Origin: Candidatus Bathyarchaeota archaeon
GTDB taxonomy: Archaea; Thermoproteota; CALKCG01; B24
Assembly: GCA_021161255.1 (NCBI GenBank)
Contig: JAGHAZ010000025.1
Span: forward strand, 216 to 64,215
DNA length: 64,000 nt
Reading direction: 5' to 3'
Within the stretch, counting starts at the first letter, position 1. Each line of letters begins with the position of its first letter. The position numbers were made by a program, and so were the translations under genes. The notes beneath the pieces are model-generated. The model was given only the letters and a program-made list of their open reading frames with translations. It was not told the DNA's origin and did no database searches. This document shows, piece after piece, positions 10,149 through 19,861 of the stretch.

Positions 10149-11165
10149 CTATGGTTTAACTAGAACCTTTAAGGCGTCAGGGATCTCACGTTTTAACGCC
10201 TTCTCGAGGTCATTCAACCCTATTACGTGACTTATGAGAGGCCTTACATCTACGGCTCCAGATGCTAACAGGTTCAGAGCTCTACCCATCTCGTAGGGGT
10301 TTATGAAGCTACCGATTATCGTGAGTTCATGCTTGTACACATCGTAAGGTTTAATCCTCCATAGGTCTTTTTCAGACGCTACGCCGAAGACCAGTAGACT
10401 ACCCCCAGGCTCTAGACAGCTAAGCGCCAAGTCTAGCGGAGCCGAGCCTCCGGCCGCGTCTATTGCAGCTTCGACTCCTTTACCACCGAGGAACTGTTTA
10501 ACTCTTTCAGAAAGTCGTTCTTCAGACGGGTTAACCGTTAGGTCAGCTCCGAACTCTGACGCCAGTTTAAGTCGCTTCTCGTTAACCTCGGCCACTATGA
10601 CCTTACCGGCTCCACATCTCTTAGCAAGCTGTAGGTGGATGAGGCCTATCGGACCCGCTCCGACTATTAGAACATCGTCTCCAGGTTGGATGGATAATCT
10701 TGTGAAACCGTGTACGCAGCATGAGACTGGTTCGGCGAAAGCCGCCTCTTCGAGGCTTAACCCCTTAGGAACCTTATACAACTGTGACACCGGAGCTATG
10801 ATGTATTCTGCGAAGCCTCCATTGGTCGTAACTCCTATCGCCTCAAGGTTTGGACATAAGTTACGTCTACCTCTTCGACAGTAGCGGCATATTCCACATG
10901 TTATATTCGGGTCTACGGCTACCTTATCTCCAAGCTTTAGGTTGGATACTGCTTCACCGACTTCTACTACAACTCCTGAGAGTTCGTGTCCGGGTATGAG
11001 TGGAAGCTTAGCCCAAGGCATAGTACCCTCGTAGATGTGTATATCGGTGCCGCATACCCCACATGCGTAGACCCGTAGAAGTACTTCATGGTCAGATTTG
11101 ATAGCTGGAGTTTCTACTTCGACCGTTTTCAGCTTGAAGGGTTTCTCTATCACAGCGGCTCTCAA
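10149..11165 (-). CDS. tdh: Zinc-dependent alcohol dehydrogenase family, probably L-threonine 3-dehydrogenase/sorbitol dehydrogenase-like
   Basis: Catalytic zinc motif GVCGTDIHIYEG. Structural-zinc Cys cluster CGICRYCRRGRRNLC. NAD(P) Rossmann GAGPIGL. 338 aa. Confidence 0.7.
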   Translation of the reverse strand: MRAAVIEKPFKLKTVEVETPAIKSDHEVLLRVYACGVCGTDIHIYEGTMPWAKLPLIPGHELSGVVVEVGEAVSNLKLGDKVAVDPNITCGICRYCRRGRRNLCPNLEAIGVTTNGGFAEYIIAPVSQLYKVPKGLSLEEAAFAEPVSCCVHGFTRLSIQPGDDVLIVGAGPIGLIHLQLAKRCGAGKVIVAEVNEKRLKLASEFGADLTVNPSEERLSERVKQFLGGKGVEAAIDAAGGSAPLDLALSCLEPGGSLLVFGVASEKDLWRIKPYDVYKHELTIIGSFINPYEMGRALNLLASGAVDVRPLISHVIGLNDLEKALKREIPDALKVLVKP

Positions 11166-11261
11166 ACGTCTTCACCTATAAATACTTACTCTAACTATGA
11201 GATTTAAGCATCGGGTAATCTGAGTAAGCAGTCTCCTACGTTAGTTTTGAATTAACATTTT

Positions 11262-11273
11262 TATTCTATAAAG
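11262..11273 (+). promoter_or_regulatory. Putative TATA box/BRE of the atpF-C operon
   Basis: TTATTCTATAAAG lies 21-30 nt upstream of the atpF TTG start, in the AT-rich 128-bp intergenic region after the divergent tdh gene. Confidence 0.35.
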
Positions 11274-11293
11274 GGTGAGAGAAAGATAGCCCC

Positions 11294-11617
11294 TTGAGTA
11301 TAGTAGCAGTAGGCGATAGATATTTCGTCTTGGTCTTCAGACTTGTGGGAATACGAGGGAGAGAGGTTAGTGATGAGAAGGAGGCTGAAGAAGAAGTGAA
11401 GAAGTTAATATCGAACGAGGAATGTAGGGTCATAATCCTCGATGAGAGGTTAGCATTTAGAGTGAAGAGGCTGAGAGAGGAGATCATGAGGAAAGAGAAG
11501 CCGTATCCCATTTTTGTCATAGTACCAGGTTTGGAGGGAAGCAAAGGTCTTAGAATTCAGGAGATGCATAACTTGATAGAACAAGCTATCGGTGTGAGGC
11601 TTAAGTTTGAAGATTAA
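11294..11617 (+). CDS. atpF: A-type ATP synthase subunit F
   Basis: 107-aa ORF with TTG start, matching the subunit F family (IAVVGD..GF.L.G pattern). First gene of the ATP synthase cluster. TATA-like box about 25 nt upstream. Confidence 0.7.
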   Translation: MSIVAVGDRYFVLVFRLVGIRGREVSDEKEAEEEVKKLISNEECRVIILDERLAFRVKRLREEIMRKEKPYPIFVIVPGLEGSKGLRIQEMHNLIEQAIGVRLKFED

Positions 11618-11625
11618 GTTTTCGG

Positions 11626-11958
11626 GTGATCAAGATGAGTTTAGAAGAGATAAAGAAACTTATCGAGAAGGAGAAAGAGGCGGAGAAAATAATCGAGGAT
11701 GCGAAGAAGAAGGCAGAAGAGATCATGCGCAGAGCTAGGAGAGAGGCGGAGAAAATAATCAAAGAGGCGGAGAATGAGGATTACTTAGAGGAGTTTAAGA
11801 AGAGGCTGGAGGAAGAGATAAAGGCGGAGAGAGAGAAGGCTCTTAAAGTATTTGAGAGAAGAGTTGAGGAGTTAGAGAAACTCGGTAAGAAAAATCTAGA
11901 TAAGGCCGTCGAAGCATTGGTGTCGGCTGTTCTTGGTGGTGGCAGAGGTGGAGGTTAG
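11626..11958 (+). CDS. atpH: A-type ATP synthase peripheral-stalk subunit H-like coiled-coil protein
   Basis: 110-aa K/E-rich coiled-coil protein between atpF and atpE, with repeated EAEKII heptads and a Gly-rich tail. Confidence 0.5.
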   Translation: MIKMSLEEIKKLIEKEKEAEKIIEDAKKKAEEIMRRARREAEKIIKEAENEDYLEEFKKRLEEEIKAEREKALKVFERRVEELEKLGKKNLDKAVEALVSAVLGGGRGGG

Positions 11959-12080
11959 CACGCTTATATCAGAGGTAGAGCGGCAGGCGATGGAAGAGGC
12001 GGAGAAGATAATAGCGAAGGCTAGGGAAGAGGCGGAGAAAATAATCGAGGATGCGAAGAAGAAGGCAGAAGAAATAAGGA
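11684..12080 (+). repeat. Intragenic direct repeats shared by atpH and atpE (GAGGCGGAGAAAATAATC three times; GAGGATGCGAAGAAGAAGGCAGAAGA twice)
   Basis: Read directly. They encode recurring EAEKII(E/K)DAKKKAEEI peptide segments in both stalk-subunit genes. Confidence 0.5.
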
Positions 12081-12544
12081 ATAAGCAGAAGCAAGCTGTT
12101 ATGCGTGAGCTTGAACAGAAAAAGACCGTCAGTTTAGCGACTATCAGGTTGGAGGGTAAAAGAAAGGTGTTGGAAGTGAAATACAAGTATCTAAGATTGG
12201 CCCTAGATAAAGCCGAGGAGATTCTGAAGGAAAAAGCCGAGACGGGAGATGAGGATTATCTAAAGGCCTTGGAGAGGCTTTTAGTAGAGGCCTTAAGCCA
12301 GGTTGATGGGGAAGCAGTAATATTTGTGAACGAGAGAGATAGGAGAAGAGTAGAGGGTATTCTTGAGAAGCTAGGAGTGCGAAGGGCCACGTTATCCGAC
12401 CGGCATGTAGATATAACAGGTGGTGTTATAGTCCAAAGCAGGAACGGTAAACAAATATTCAACAACAGTCTCGACGCTAGGTTGAATAAGATAAAGGATG
12501 AGATCGGGGGAGAATTGATAGAGATCCTTTTTGGAGGTAGTTAA
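11933..12544 (+). CDS. atpE: A-type ATP synthase subunit E
   Basis: 203 aa. Charged coiled-coil N-terminus plus a globular C-terminal domain typical of subunit E. Immediately precedes atpA. Confidence 0.65.
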   Translation: MVVAEVEVSTLISEVERQAMEEAEKIIAKAREEAEKIIEDAKKKAEEIRNKQKQAVMRELEQKKTVSLATIRLEGKRKVLEVKYKYLRLALDKAEEILKEKAETGDEDYLKALERLLVEALSQVDGEAVIFVNERDRRRVEGILEKLGVRRATLSDRHVDITGGVIVQSRNGKQIFNNSLDARLNKIKDEIGGELIEILFGGS

Positions 12545-14333
12545 GTTGCGGGTTGGGGAGATAGAAAGAATTTCCGGTCCGATGGTCGTTGCATCAGGAA
12601 TCGACGATATAATATTGGGAGAAGTCGTCGAGGTAGGGGAGGAGAGGCTGATAGGAGAGGTTATAAGGATAAGCGGTGAGAGGTTCACGGTTCAAGTTTA
12701 CGAAAACACGAGTGGGTTAAAACCTGGGGAGAAAATCATAGCCACTGGAAAAAGGCTTACCGCGGAACTGGGTCCAGGTCTTATCACAAGCATATTCGAC
12801 GGTGTCGAAAGACCTGAAGATGAGCTTCTGAGAGTCTCGGGACCGTTTATAAAGAGAGGGATAAAAGTTAACGCACTCCGCAGAGATAGAAAGTGGCATT
12901 TCAAACCCTTGGTTCAGAGAGGTCAGAGCGTAAGCGGCGGCGACATAATAGGTGAAGTTGAAGAGACGCCTATGGTGAAGCACAGGGTTATGGTTCCCCA
13001 TGGTGTCCAGGGAGAGGTCATCAGAATAGAGGAAGGGGAATTCCGAGTCGACGAGACGATAGCCGTTTTAAGAACCGATTCTCGAAACGTGGAGTTATCT
13101 ATGGTTCAGGAGTGGCCTGTGCGAGTGCCGAGACCGTTTAAGCATAGGCTTCCTCTTGAAGAACCTCTCGTTACGGGTCAACGAGTTATAGATATGTTTT
13201 TCCCTATAGCTAAGGGAGGAACCGCCGCTATACCAGGTGGCTTCGGGACGGGGAAGACGATAACTCTTCACCAACTTGCTAAGTGGAGCGATGCAGATAT
13301 CGTAGTTTACATAGGATGCGGTGAGAGAGGGAATGAAATGTGTGAAGTTTTAACAGATTTCCCGATGCTCAGGGACCCAAGGACCGGTCGGCCGCTCATG
13401 GAGAGAACGGTTTTGATAGCTAACACAAGTAACATGCCTGTCTTAGCTAGAGAGGCTAGCATATACATGGGTGTGACGATAGCCGAATATTATAGGGATA
13501 TGGGTTACCATGTGGCGGTGATGGCGGATTCGACTAGCAGATGGGCGGAGGCGTTGAGAGAGATCTCAGGGAGGCTTGAAGAAATGCCTTCTGAAAGAGG
13601 CTTCCCCGCATATCTCTCAGATAGGATAGCTGAGTTCTATGAGAGAGCAGGTAAAGTTGTCGCCTTAGGTAAACCTGAGCGGGAAGGATCCGTGTCGATC
13701 ATAGGTGCTGTCTCGCCTCCTGGTGGGGACTTCAACGAGCCCGTTACTATCCATACGTTAAGATTCACGGGGGCCTTCTGGGCATTAGACAAAGAACTAG
13801 CCTTTAGTAGGCATTTTCCAGCGATAAACTGGCTCAAGAGCTACAGCCTATATAGCAAGGCGGGTGCGGGCTGGGCTATAAGTATGAGTAAGTACCGGAG
13901 GAACCTCAATAAATGGTGGCATATGCGGGCGTCAGATTTATCGGCGTATAGGGAGAAGGCTTTGAATATTTTAGCCGAGTCGGCTGAGCTCGAATCGATA
14001 GCTAGAATAATCGGGGAGAAGGCGCTTCCAGACGAGCAGAGGCTTATTCTTCTAACCGCGGAGCTTCTTAAAGAAGGCTTTCTCAGGCAGAATGCATTCG
14101 ATGAAGTCGATTCGTTCTGTCCTCCAGATAAGCAGATAGCGTTGCTCAAGCTTATCTTAGATTTCCATGATAAGGCTTATAAACTCGTTAGGAGCGGGGT
14201 TCCGATAGATACTATTTCCAATCTACCTCTGATCTCAAGGATCAAGCGGGTGAAAGAGGATAGAGGTGGAGTTGAAGCTATAATGAGGGTCTACAAAGAG
14301 ATATCAGAGGTTTTAGATAAAATCGCGGGGTGA
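12531..14333 (+). CDS. atpA: A-type ATP synthase catalytic subunit A
   Basis: 600 aa. P-loop GGFGTGKT. A-subunit-specific non-homologous insertion. The C-terminus is conserved. Confidence 0.95.
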   Translation: MEVVKLRVGEIERISGPMVVASGIDDIILGEVVEVGEERLIGEVIRISGERFTVQVYENTSGLKPGEKIIATGKRLTAELGPGLITSIFDGVERPEDELLRVSGPFIKRGIKVNALRRDRKWHFKPLVQRGQSVSGGDIIGEVEETPMVKHRVMVPHGVQGEVIRIEEGEFRVDETIAVLRTDSRNVELSMVQEWPVRVPRPFKHRLPLEEPLVTGQRVIDMFFPIAKGGTAAIPGGFGTGKTITLHQLAKWSDADIVVYIGCGERGNEMCEVLTDFPMLRDPRTGRPLMERTVLIANTSNMPVLAREASIYMGVTIAEYYRDMGYHVAVMADSTSRWAEALREISGRLEEMPSERGFPAYLSDRIAEFYERAGKVVALGKPEREGSVSIIGAVSPPGGDFNEPVTIHTLRFTGAFWALDKELAFSRHFPAINWLKSYSLYSKAGAGWAISMSKYRRNLNKWWHMRASDLSAYREKALNILAESAELESIARIIGEKALPDEQRLILLTAELLKEGFLRQNAFDEVDSFCPPDKQIALLKLILDFHDKAYKLVRSGVPIDTISNLPLISRIKRVKEDRGGVEAIMRVYKEISEVLDKIAG

Positions 14334-14340
14334 GGTCTTT

Positions 14341-15756
14341 ATGGTTTTATTCAGAGATATAATGGATCTACAGGGGAAAATCTACAAAGGCGTTAGGGAA
14401 ATAAGGGGCTCTCTGCTTTTCGTAGAAGGAGTCTCAAACGTTGGATACGACGAGGTCGTGAAGATCAGGGGTCTAGATGGAGTAGACCGGATGGGGAGAG
14501 TCCTAGATGTCAGCAGAGACACCGTTGTCGTACAGATTTTAGGAAATGTAGAGGGGCTTCAGTCGGGAAGCTATGTGACTTTCACAGGGTCTTCGTTTGA
14601 GATACCTGTTTCAGACGAAGTTCTTGGGAGAATGTTCAACGGGAGATATGAGCCTATCGACGGTCTGCCACCTGTATACTCTAAGGAGAAACGAGACATA
14701 AACGGTGCGCCTATAAATCCTAAGGCCAGGGTTCATCCGCACGATTTCATTCAGACCGGAATCTCCGCGATAGACGGTATGCTCTCCCTCGTCAGGGGGC
14801 AGAAGCTACCGTTCTTTTCTGAAAGCGGTCTTCCACATGATAGACTGATAGCACAGGTCATACGGCAAGCTACCGTTAGAGGAGAGGAAGAGAGGTTTGC
14901 GGTGGTCTTCGCAGCTATGGGTCTTAAAAACGACGAGGCTAGGTTTTTCATAGAGCAACTGAGAGAATCCGGAGCATTGGAAAGGTCTGTTCTTGTATTA
15001 AACCTCGCAAGCGACCCAGCCATAGAGCGGCTGTTAACACCTAGGATAGCGTTAACTATAGCAGAGTTTCTGGCCTTCGACCTTGAGATTCATGTGTTGA
15101 CGATACTCAGCGATATGACAAACTACTGTGAGAGCCTACGTGAGCTAAGTACCGCAAGGGATGAGGTGCCTGGTAGAGGAGGTTATCCAGGATACATGTA
15201 CAGCGACCTAGCCACTATATATGAAAGGGCCGGCATAATATCAGGTAAGAAGGGGTCCTTAACTCAGATGCCTTGTCTCACTATGCCTGGTGGAGACATA
15301 AACCATCCTATACCGGACCTAACGGGATACATCACAGAGGGACAGATATTTCTCGATAAAGACCTGCATTCTAGAGGCATATATCCTCCGATAAACGTGC
15401 TTCCATCTTTAAGCAGACTTATGAGGAGGGGTATAGGCCCAGGTAAAACCAGAGAAGACCATAAAGACGTTTCAGACCAGCTTTATGACGCATACTCCAG
15501 GGGTATGGAGGCTAGAGGCCTTGCAAGGATCGTGGGCGAGGTGGGGCTTAGCGAAAGAGAGAGGAGGTATCTAAAGTTTGCCGACGAGTTTGAACGGAGG
15601 TTTGTCAACCAGGGTGAATTTGAAAACAGGTCTATAGAGAGGACGCTCGACATAGCTTGGGAAATACTCTCGATCCTACCTGAGGATGAGCTAGTTAGGA
15701 TACATGAGGAATACATAAAGAAGTATCATCCCAAATATAGGAGGAGCATGGCTTGA
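14341..15756 (+). CDS. atpB: A-type ATP synthase regulatory subunit B
   Basis: 471 aa. Typical B subunit with a degenerate P-loop. Follows atpA. Confidence 0.95.
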   Translation: MVLFRDIMDLQGKIYKGVREIRGSLLFVEGVSNVGYDEVVKIRGLDGVDRMGRVLDVSRDTVVVQILGNVEGLQSGSYVTFTGSSFEIPVSDEVLGRMFNGRYEPIDGLPPVYSKEKRDINGAPINPKARVHPHDFIQTGISAIDGMLSLVRGQKLPFFSESGLPHDRLIAQVIRQATVRGEEERFAVVFAAMGLKNDEARFFIEQLRESGALERSVLVLNLASDPAIERLLTPRIALTIAEFLAFDLEIHVLTILSDMTNYCESLRELSTARDEVPGRGGYPGYMYSDLATIYERAGIISGKKGSLTQMPCLTMPGGDINHPIPDLTGYITEGQIFLDKDLHSRGIYPPINVLPSLSRLMRRGIGPGKTREDHKDVSDQLYDAYSRGMEARGLARIVGEVGLSERERRYLKFADEFERRFVNQGEFENRSIERTLDIAWEILSILPEDELVRIHEEYIKKYHPKYRRSMA

Positions 15757-16373
15757 CTTTTGTCGGAGGTAGGATACCGTCTACAAGAGGGGCTTTAATA
15801 AGGCTTAGGGAGACCTTAGACTTCATAAAAAGGGGTAAAAACCTTTTAGAGGCTAAGAGAGATCAGCTTGCCGCAGAGGTCAATAGAATTCTCGGTGAAC
15901 TGAAGCGTAGGAAGGAGTTGGAGAGCAGACTTTGTTCATCTTACCGAAAAGTTCTGAAGGCTATAGCGATTCATGGATATTCAGAGGTTTATAGCATGGC
16001 GTCTTCTGTGAAAAACATAGAGGTTGAGGTTAAGCCATACTCTATAATAGGAGTTGTAGTACCTAAGATCGAGGTGAGTGGAAAACCTAGCGTCAATTCC
16101 ATATCTGACGCGGACATCTGCGACGTGGCAAAAGAGCTTACATCGATCTTAGATGAGCTTCTTGAGGTAGCTGAGCTCGAGGCTTGCTTGGAGAGGGTGG
16201 CTGTGGAGCTTATGTCTACGGACAGGAAGTTAAACGCGTTGGAGAAGATCGTTATACCAAGCTATGAGAAGATGATAAGATACATCGAAGATAGGCTTTT
16301 TGAAGAGACTTTAGAAGAGTTTGTTAAAGCTAAATATATAAGGGACGTCATAAGCAGGAGGAGAGGGGGCTGA
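15753..16373 (+). CDS. atpD: A-type ATP synthase subunit D (central stalk)
   Basis: 206-aa coiled-coil protein. ATGA overlap with atpB. Typical position and composition. Confidence 0.8.
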   Translation: MTFVGGRIPSTRGALIRLRETLDFIKRGKNLLEAKRDQLAAEVNRILGELKRRKELESRLCSSYRKVLKAIAIHGYSEVYSMASSVKNIEVEVKPYSIIGVVVPKIEVSGKPSVNSISDADICDVAKELTSILDELLEVAELEACLERVAVELMSTDRKLNALEKIVIPSYEKMIRYIEDRLFEETLEEFVKAKYIRDVISRRRGG

Positions 16374-16492
16374 GGGCGCCTAGGATAACTTATCTTATAA
16401 CTAGGGCGCATGGGCTTAAAACTCATCTTCTTAAGCCGGAGGATATTAGACTTCTAGTTAGATCTAGGGATGTAAGAGAAATCGTAGATTAT

Positions 16493-17401
16493 TTGGCCAA
16501 AGGGGATTATTCCTCTGAGATCGCTAAGATACCTATTATGGAGGTCGAGGAGGTTAAACTGGAGAGATTGTTCCGTGAAAAACTTTCTAGAAGATTTTAC
16601 CATGTTCTGATGATAGCTCATGGAAGTATCAGAGACGCTTTGTACGAGTATGTTAGACGGATCGAAGTAGAGAATATTAAGAGAATTCTACGGGCTAAAC
16701 ACGGTGGAGAACACATATCTGAAGATGACCTGATACCGATCCCTAGGAGATATCTACTCATAAATTTTCCAGCCATGATCGAGAGCGGGGACTTGAGAGA
16801 ATGCATTCAGCTTCTCAGGGAGACCGTGTACGCAAGTTTGATAGATATTTTGCCACTCTACGAAAACTTTAAGACCCCCCTGATATTTGAGACGCGGCTT
16901 GATAGCATATATTTTAACCGGGTTTGGAGAGCCATTAAGAAGATCCCAGATAGAGGAGAAGTCGAGTCTTTAATCGGGGTAGAGATAGACCTTAGGAATC
17001 TTCTAAACCTTATCGCTATGAAGACCGCCGGGGTATCTCAAGAACTTTTTACGAAAATTCTACCGGATGTCTTCTTCAAACTAAGTAGAGAGGACTTGAC
17101 GAGCTTTTTCCGGTTAGATATCGACGGGATGTCTGAGGCTTTATCGAGGACTGTATACGCCGAATCGTTAAGAGACGGTATTCCGCTGTTAGAGAGGAGA
17201 AGGTTTTCGGAGTTTGAAAGCTTCTTATTGAAGACCATCTATGACCATTCGTTTAAGACAATGCTACGTCACCCTTTGAGTATAGCCTATGTTTTTGCAT
17301 ATCTAATGCAGTGTGAAAGGGAATGTAGAAACCTGATAAGCCTGATTTATGCAAAAAAACTAGGCTTCACTGAGTCGGATACCGAAACGTTGTTAATCTA
17401 A
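16493..17401 (+). CDS. atpC: A-type ATP synthase subunit C (V0 d-subunit homologue). The true N-terminus probably begins near 16373.
   Basis: 302-aa all-helical protein. The conserved subunit-C N-terminal motif (ITYLITRAHGLKTHLL, cf. YAYVNARVRAMKS.LL) is encoded in-frame upstream of the first ATG, with no ATG/GTG/TTG available. Confidence 0.75.
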   Translation: MAKGDYSSEIAKIPIMEVEEVKLERLFREKLSRRFYHVLMIAHGSIRDALYEYVRRIEVENIKRILRAKHGGEHISEDDLIPIPRRYLLINFPAMIESGDLRECIQLLRETVYASLIDILPLYENFKTPLIFETRLDSIYFNRVWRAIKKIPDRGEVESLIGVEIDLRNLLNLIAMKTAGVSQELFTKILPDVFFKLSREDLTSFFRLDIDGMSEALSRTVYAESLRDGIPLLERRRFSEFESFLLKTIYDHSFKTMLRHPLSIAYVFAYLMQCERECRNLISLIYAKKLGFTESDTETLLI

Positions 17402-17403
17402 GT

Positions 17404-17811
17404 TTAAGGAATCTTACCTATGATCATTATGCTCACTAGGAGACCATATATGGCAACACCTTCGGCAAGACCCGCGAGGATAAGCACCCATATCGCCATC
17501 TCAGGCTTCTCCACCATAGCGGCTAAACCAGAGCTGGCGGCTCCTGCAATACCTACACCTGCGCCTATGCATGAACCCGCCACCGCGATCCCAGCACCGA
17601 GCAACGCAACCCCCTGCCATTCTCCACCACCAGCTTGATTGCTTGAGGTATTAGAGACCTCAGCTAACGCGGATAAGGCGAAAGACATCACTATAATCGA
17701 TACAGTCACCAGTAAGACAGCGATGAATAAGAAATTTTTAGCGATCCTCTTTGTGATATTTGTAAGTTTGAACATAGTGTTTCCATTAAGACCCATAGAC
17801 TGGTTGATCAT
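17404..17811 (-). CDS. atpK: A-type ATP synthase proteolipid subunit K (c-ring)
   Basis: Two TM helices and the conserved Glu in LAEGVAIYGL. Gly/Ala-rich helix-1 (GAGIAVAGSCIGAGVGIAGAA). Stop codon sits 2 nt from the atpC stop on the opposite strand. Confidence 0.85.
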   Translation of the reverse strand: MINQSMGLNGNTMFKLTNITKRIAKNFLFIAVLLVTVSIIVMSFALSALAEVSNTSSNQAGGGEWQGVALLGAGIAVAGSCIGAGVGIAGAASSGLAAMVEKPEMAIWVLILAGLAEGVAIYGLLVSIMIIGKIP

Positions 17812-17850
17812 AGCGCTTCTATTAACTTACTGTCGATATAAAAAAGTTAC

Positions 17851-19821
17851 TTATCCGAGCCTGTGGATCTTAAATGGTCGGTACCGTACACCCCCACCTA
17901 TGTAAAACTTTGTCGAGAATTCATAGTACATAAGACGCATAGACTGTATCGTTGATGCAAATCCCTCCAGTATTATTACCAAGATATTCATTAGAAGTAG
18001 GCTGGAGAAACTTCCTATAGAAGATGCAAATATGGATGCCAGCATACCGAAAACTCCATGGGCTAGAGCAAAGGCCGCCAGACGAACATAAGATATAGAG
18101 TTAGCTATGAAGGCTATGAAGGCTTCTAAACCCTCGGAAAAACCTTCCATAAGCCGTTCTGATAGAGGAGCTCTCTCCTTTTTCAGCATAGATTCTATAA
18201 GAGGAGACAAGAATATGAGAGCGAGACAGAGTAGCGCGATTATGGTGAAGGGGAGAGCATCAGGAGATATGAAGACGCTGAGACTCATGCTCTCTATGAA
18301 CTTTAGGGCTAAGATTATTCCCGCACCGTAGTATATCAACCCTAAGATACCTCTCCAGTCGAATATAGCCTTCAGAGGCTCTCTACTAAGTAGCCTATTC
18401 GTGATATTGAGTATGATAGCTAAAACTATCTGAAAGATCCCGAAGACCAGAGCGATCTTCATCATCATCCACATGTCATGCATAGGGCTGAGGAACAGAG
18501 GATGGAAAGCCTCCGTCAGAAAGAACTCTCCATAGAGGAATCCGAAGAATATGGAGGATAAACCGCAGAGAGCATAGATTACCCCTATTTTCCTCATAGT
18601 ATTCGCCGAGAAAGATAATAGACCCTTCCTAAGTCTTGAGAATAGGAGGCCCAAGCCTAAGATCACAGCACCTTCGCCTACATCGCCAAACATCATGCCG
18701 AACATCGTTACGAATAAGATCGCGAAGAACGGTGTAGGGTTCAACTCTGTGTAACTTGGAGTTCCTAAGATATTCGTGAAAACTTCGAAGCACTTGAATA
18801 ATCCTTTATTCTCAAAATATACAGGAACCCTCTCCCCCGGTTCAGGCTTTTCAAAGCTCATGTACGCTACACCGTCTGTAACCTCCATAATCTTTTCTTT
18901 TAGCAAGTCTCTCTTAGCTTCAGGGATCCACCCATATATTATACTCATGGTCTTGGTTCTTCTAAGGTTAGATCTAGCCCTCTCTATCGAAAGGAGATCC
19001 AAGATATATGATCTGATCGGCTCTGTTTCTACACGGAAATTCTCTCCTAAACGACGTATCTCCTCTTCTATCTTCTTTTTCTCCTCGGTTTTCTCCTCGA
19101 TCATCTCTTCAACCTGAGCTAGGGCTTCAGCAGGGTCCCTGCTCACCTCCTCTGGGAATGTAAACTCCTCGAAGTTTAGAAGCATTAGAGGTTCTTTGAT
19201 GAACTCTTCCTCGTCTACCGGCCCGGTTATCACAAGGAAAACCTGCATCTCTTCGGCAGGGATAGCTGTGTAGACTATCTTAGTCCCTATGATGTATTTC
19301 TTCAACCTAGGCACTAGAGAAGTATGCATGAAACCGGCTTTGACGAATATATGCCTAAATCTTCCGACTTGGTCGAGACGAAGGCCATACTTTTTCATGT
19401 ATTCAAGCTTTCTTCTTAGTTCGAGTAGACTGTTGATCGCGTTATTGACTTCATCAAGTCTCGACAGAAGCAAGTCGAGACGAGCACCTACTGTTTCGAC
19501 ATATTTCTCTATCTCCGATAGACTCTTAACACGTATGGAGGGCTCCTTCTTCTCAGGCGTCTTGAAAGCTTCTCTAATGGAGTCTATCAGAGACTTTTTA
19601 ACTTCAGGCCGTGGGAGAGAGGATAAAACATGGTTTATACGTTCGTAAAGCTTCAAGTAGTTCTCGCAAACCTCTACGTTCTCGACCCTCTGGGTACCGG
19701 CAACCGTATATTCCCCGCTTATGTGGAGAAAACCGAGCTTACCTATCTCTTCAAGCACTTTATCCTCAAACCTAATCGGTACGACTATGTAGACCTTTTC
19801 CATAGGCACCGGCGTGAGCAA
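17851..19821 (-). CDS. atpI: A-type ATP synthase subunit I (a-subunit, stator/proton channel)
   Basis: 656 aa. Hydrophilic coiled-coil N-terminal half plus a polytopic C-terminal half with a conserved Arg-containing helix. Immediately upstream of atpK. Confidence 0.85.
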   Translation of the reverse strand: MLTPVPMEKVYIVVPIRFEDKVLEEIGKLGFLHISGEYTVAGTQRVENVEVCENYLKLYERINHVLSSLPRPEVKKSLIDSIREAFKTPEKKEPSIRVKSLSEIEKYVETVGARLDLLLSRLDEVNNAINSLLELRRKLEYMKKYGLRLDQVGRFRHIFVKAGFMHTSLVPRLKKYIIGTKIVYTAIPAEEMQVFLVITGPVDEEEFIKEPLMLLNFEEFTFPEEVSRDPAEALAQVEEMIEEKTEEKKKIEEEIRRLGENFRVETEPIRSYILDLLSIERARSNLRRTKTMSIIYGWIPEAKRDLLKEKIMEVTDGVAYMSFEKPEPGERVPVYFENKGLFKCFEVFTNILGTPSYTELNPTPFFAILFVTMFGMMFGDVGEGAVILGLGLLFSRLRKGLLSFSANTMRKIGVIYALCGLSSIFFGFLYGEFFLTEAFHPLFLSPMHDMWMMMKIALVFGIFQIVLAIILNITNRLLSREPLKAIFDWRGILGLIYYGAGIILALKFIESMSLSVFISPDALPFTIIALLCLALIFLSPLIESMLKKERAPLSERLMEGFSEGLEAFIAFIANSISYVRLAAFALAHGVFGMLASIFASSIGSFSSLLLMNILVIILEGFASTIQSMRLMYYEFSTKFYIGGGVRYRPFKIHRLG

Positions 19822-19861
19822 AGCACCTTCACCAGCTCTTAACAGCTATATCCCGAGAAGT

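Noticed and set aside
17420-17905. Two plus-strand ORFs (72 and 88 aa) opposite atpK
   Set aside because: They are antisense to the conserved proteolipid gene. Pro/Ala-rich translation is an artefact of the reverse complement of Gly/Ala codons.
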